The notes under the pieces are model-generated. The model did not search any database. It saw only the letters and a program-made list of their open reading frames with translations, and was not told where the DNA came from. The position numbers and the translations under genes are program-made. DNA of 64,000 nucleotides from the human T2T-CHM13v2.0 reference genome, Homo sapiens, in the NCBI RefSeq assembly GCF_009914755.1, contig NC_060931.1, one strand, 5' to 3'. Positions 59,192-64,000 of this stretch are shown piece after piece (positions within the stretch are counted from its first letter, which is position 1; every line of letters starts with the position of its first letter).

Positions 59192-60279
59192 TGCGATGGT
59201 TAATACTGTCAACTTGATTGGATTAAATGAAATCAGTCTACTACTCCACAATGGAGGTAAGGGATATCTGGAATACAGGAGATCCCTTAGGGTGTCTCTT
59301 AGTATTACCATGCCCTCTGATTAAGGTCAATGGGAAACTACAACAGCCCAATCCAGTCAGGGCTACAAATAGCCCAGACCCTCCAGGAATGAAGGTTTGT
59401 GTCACTCCACCAGGAAAAAAACAAGACCTGCTGAGGTGCTTGCTGAAGGCAAAGGGAATACAGAATGGGTAGTAGAAGAAGGTAGTCATCAATACCAGCA
59501 CGTGACCAGTTGCACAAACAAGGACTGTAATTGTAATGAGTATTTCCTCCTTCTTTTGTTAAGAACATGTTTGTGCATGTATATATTTGTACAAGAAAAT
59601 ATCTTCATTTTATTTCCTTTTTCCTTTAAATGTGACATAAGATTCATTGACTTGCTATCAGCATTTAAGTGTTGTTAACCTTACATAATAGCATTTGGGT
59701 TGGGGATTTGTGCATTCCTGGTTGTACGAAGGATAGTTTTATTATGTTAGGCATAATTATGATATTATTGTCTTTATTTGAAGACTATGATTTCAGGAAA
59801 TGTATATGGGTTCAAGTTGACAAGGGGTCGACTTGTGATGGTAAATATTGAGTGGATTGTAATATTGATTGGATTGAAGGATGCAAAGCTCCCTAGGTGT
59901 GTCTGTGAGGGTGCTACCAAAGGAGATTAACATTTGAGAGACAAAGGAGAGACAGACCCACCCTCAATCTTAGTGGGCACCATCTAATTAATCAGCTGAC
60001 AGTGTAGCCAGAATAAAAGCAGGCAGAACATGAAAAGACTAGACTGGCATAGTCTCCCAGCCTACATCTTTCTCCCGTGCTGGGTCCTTCCTGCCCTTGA
60101 ACATTGGACTCCAAGTTCTTCACCTTTGTAATTCGGACTGGCTTCCTTGCTCCGCAGCTTGCAGATGGCCTATTGTGGGACCTCACCTTGTGATCATGTG
60201 AGTCAATACACCTTAATAAACTCCGCTTTATATACACATCTAACTTATTAGTTCTCTCCCTCTAGAAAACCCTGATACA
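59192..60279 (+). mobile_element. Internally deleted HERV-L provirus: 5' LTR stub (59192-59226), dUTPase/3' internal region (59227-59833), full MLT2A-like 3' LTR (59834-60279)
   Basis: Peptides WNTGDPLGCLLVLPCPLIKVNGKLQQPNP and PAEVLAEGKGNTEWVVEEG. PPT-like caagggg precedes a TG...CA LTR of 446 bp. 5-bp TSD ctcct/ctctt. Confidence 0.92.
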
Positions 60280-60405
60280 CTCTTCAACCTGTATATCTTC
60301 TTCTAGAAAAAAACCTTTTCTTAAACAACTCTTAGGTGAAGGGGTAAATACAAGCTAAAAGTAGAAAATATATTTTAAACAATTATAAGCACACTACATA
60401 TCAAA

Positions 60406-60800
60406 AATTTTTATTTTTATTGATGTAAAATATACATATGTAATTTATCATCTATACCATTTTTAAGTGTATAATTTGGTGGTAATAAATACATATTATA
60501 TATATATATATTTCCCCCCTTCATCTCCTCCTCCCCTCTTCCACTTCCCAGCCTCTGGTAACTACAAATCTACTCTCTGTGTTCTTGACAGTCACTTTTT
60601 TAGCTCCCACATGAATGTGAACATGTTATATTTGCCTTTCTGTGCTTGGCTTATTTCACTTAACAAAACGGCCTTCTGTTTCATCCACGTTGCTGTACAT
60701 GATAGGATTTCATTCTTTTTTATGGCAGAATAATATTCCACTGGGTATATATACCACATTTTCTTTATGCATGCATCAGTTGATTGGCACTTAGGTTGAT
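60406..60800 (-). mobile_element. L1MA-type 3' end
   Basis: Minus-strand peptide QPKCQSTDACIKKMWYIYPVEYYSAIKKNEIL. Confidence 0.85.
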
Positions 60801-61699
60801 CAAGTATTTTTAAAGCAATGGTCAGAGAAAAATTCATAGCCTTAACATTTCTATCAATGAAATTTTAAAAATAAAAAAGAATTAAATTCCCAGCTCATAA
60901 AGGCATTCAGGGTAATAAGCTAATTTGTATAACATGGCATTTCATACATGCATGACTAAAGAAACAGTCCCCAGGTATGCTCTAGGTTCTCATCCTTTTT
61001 TCAACTTGGTCCTGGCAGTGCAAAAGACTTCCAGGGAATTTAGCTCCCTAGAAGTTGATGGCACTGATTGCCCAAGTATGTAAGATAATACCAGACTACT
61101 AAAATTATTGTTTTTTAAACCTTCACTTGTATTTCTTCCATTTCCCTCACTTTTCCTAACGTCTCTCAGTACACAGAAAAAAACAAGAGAAAGGTTGATT
61201 CGGGGTAATATCAGTCAGGTAACGATGGAATTCAGAAATTTGAGACACATCTCTTCTTTCTTGAGGCATATCACTCTTATACTGTTAATCATTCCACAGA
61301 GAGCTCTAACAAGAAGCTTTCATTGGTCTTTGAATCTGTAGCAGGAGCAGTTTATAGGCCAAGTCCCATAAGCTCAGCTGAGATTCACACTTACCGATGC
61401 TCTTCTGGAATCTAAACCTTAACACTGGCATAAGAAGCAGAGGAGACAGAAAAAGAGACCTAAAAAAACTTTTCTTTATAGAAAAGATACAAACTAGAGC
61501 TAGGTTTCAGCCTCCCTCACCTTCTCTTTGGAACAGATCTTACATATTTAAAACCATATTTGATGAAATGGATGCATCCCTTTAAATAGTAACAGATATG
61601 AGGATGACTACCAAATATCTCTCTGTTATTATAAGCCTGGAGAGTCCCAAAAAAGTCAGCCAGACAACATGAAATGTAAAATGTCTAAAGAGTGGAAAT

Positions 61700-62340
61700 A
61701 TAACAAAGCTAAATGGCAAATGGACAGGGAGGAAATATCTACAGCACAAAGATGAAAGGTTAATATTATATAGAACAACTCAAAATAAAAATAGGTAAAA
61801 GTTATCAACGTGAAATTTACAGGTGAAATAAACATGAGAACATGAAGATATCTCCAAGATCACTAATAACTTAAGAAATACGAGAAAGTTTATTGAAATG
61901 CTGTTTATAGCAGCAGTAAGTAGAAACAGCCTAAATGTCCATCAGTAAGAAAATTACTAAAAAGACTAGGAAATACACATATCAAAGAACACAACAGGAC
62001 ACTTTAAAAGAATGAGTTTGAGCTACATAAACAACATGGAAAGTTCTCTAACATTTATTGTGACATGATGACATTTATTGTAAATCGTTTAAAGGTGTGT
62101 AATATGCACAAGTTTGATCCTTCTTATAAAACAGCAGGAAAGTATATATTTCTACATGTATGTATATAATTTCATGGAAATACACAGGAATAAAGTTATC
62201 TGGGATGATATACATCAAATGAATAATAATTACCTATGGGGTAGGAATTGCTCTTGGCTAAAAAGGGTAAGAACGTTCTTGTACTTTGTACATCAATAGA
62301 TACTTACTTGATGTTTAAATTGTTTTGTCAAAAAAATGGT
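61700..62340 (+). mobile_element. Degraded L1ME-type fragments
   Basis: tgctgtttatagcagc..agaaacagcctaaatgtccatcagta..aaaagaatgag. Confidence 0.55.
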
Positions 62341-62367
62341 TTCAAGTATACTTAATTTCATCTTAAG

Positions 62368-62690
<323 letters not shown>

Positions 62691-63766
62691 TAAAGAAATA
62701 AAAATATTATGTGTTTAAAATGTTTTAGATACTTTTAGTTATGATGACACTTCTCAACCTAACTTGTAGTCTCAACCATATTTTTATATGTTTTATCTAT
62801 CTTTGATTTGGGGTGGATCTCTCAATACTATCTTTCAGCTTAAAAATTATCTCTAACAGTAAATTTTCTAGAGTTTATCTTGTCTACAGTAGTGTTTTAA
62901 TTTCAATTACATTTTTCAATTCCACAGTTTCTAATAAGTTCTCTTTCATATTCATGCATTCATGTTTCATTCTGCCTATTTTGTTATATAATTTCTTGCT
63001 CTTTCTCAATGAAAGTTCTCTCTTCAATTATCTTCATAATAAAGCACACTTATTTTATAGTATTGATCAGATCTTTCTGCTAAATTAATTTTACCCAAAA
63101 TGAATTCATGTTTACATTATTGATTAATCAAGTTGCCTTTCTCAGAAGTAGACTTTTTTTTTTTTTTAGAATTTTGGTACTCAGTCTTATTTATACTGAA
63201 TAAGGTAAAGTGGCTTAACAGAAACTAGTCTTGATAAGGTAAACCAAATAAGTGAAAATAGTGCCAAACACAGATTCATAAGCATCATATATATTTAATG
63301 TCAATTGTTCCAATCTTTTCTCAACTCCAACTTTAAATTTTAATCAAGTTAATGAAAAGCAAGCCTACATTGTTATTATTTAAGTCTGAATATTCGGCCT
63401 TCAGAAATTCTGCAAAACTTTCTTGGTTCAGTAAGATTTCTATATTAAGATAAAAAATCTATCTAATGCAACGAACATCCACAGCTGTCAGCTAAATGAA
63501 ATGTCTGGGTTTTCTTTTTTTAAAAAAAGCAGAGAATTATAAAAAGTAATACACTAAATAGTTTATTTTAACTTAGAAACACAAATAGATATTGATTTGC
63601 CTGTCTTTTAAAGTTATTTGAAGATATAAAAATTATTTAAGAATAGCCAATAATAGAAATTATGCCATAATCACCCCATTAATTACTTTTTTTCTATCTT
63701 CCATGGCTCCCAGCACATATTTTGCAGTATCTAACTGAAGGTATTAATTAAGTTATTTGGATGGAA

Positions 63767-63810
63767 GGATGGATGGATGGATGGATGGATGGATGGATGG
63801 ATGGATGGAT
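63767..63810. repeat. (GGAT)11 tetranucleotide microsatellite
   Basis: Seen directly. Confidence 0.96.
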
Positions 63811-64000
63811 GAAATGGACCAATGAATGGGCAGATGGATGGACAGTTGAATGGGCAGGTAGGCTGACAAATAAAAGAATCAACCATTCAGCAAGATGAGC
63901 CAAGTCTGACCTCAAATTAGTTAAACCTAGAGTGTCTTAGTTACCCAAGGTAAACCGAGAAACTAAGTACCATACATGGGCAGATGTATGGACAGTTGAA

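Larger units (their letters stand above)
55500..60900 (+). mobile_element. Very old L1 (5' region, ORF1, start of ORF2) interrupted by three younger insertions
   Basis: ORF1-like atactgaaagggcccac, gaattagactggcaatagattt and tagccaagctgccttc. EN-like aataataggagattttaacatac. The sequence resumes collinearly after each insert. Confidence 0.65.

Overview
This window is AT-rich primate genomic DNA and almost certainly human, because it carries an AluYa5 with all five diagnostic substitutions. It is not prokaryotic. I find no intact protein-coding gene, tRNA/rRNA, CRISPR array or CpG island. The listed ORFs are L1, Alu or ERV-L remnants, microsatellite translations or chance frames. Much of the window is interspersed repeat: about 9 Alu insertions, about 16 L1 pieces (several nested, one twin-primed), MIR/L2/L3 relics, MaLR LTRs, DNA transposons and two ERV-L class proviral remnants. 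L1s lie mostly on the + strand, which suggests a long intron of a gene transcribed on the - strand; I cannot name that gene. I see no convincing new biological system. The best leads are: (1) an internally collapsed HERV-L/MLT2A provirus whose 35-bp 5' LTR stub holds a perfect DUX4-type motif at the deletion junction; (2) a well-flanked 9-nt minus-strand microexon candidate; (3) an E-box/PBX-HOX cluster that may be an enhancer; (4) a near-perfect 146-bp tandem duplication; (5) a possibly polymorphic AluYa5. Repeat subfamily names come from recalled consensus features, not from a database search. Boundaries of old elements are approximate.
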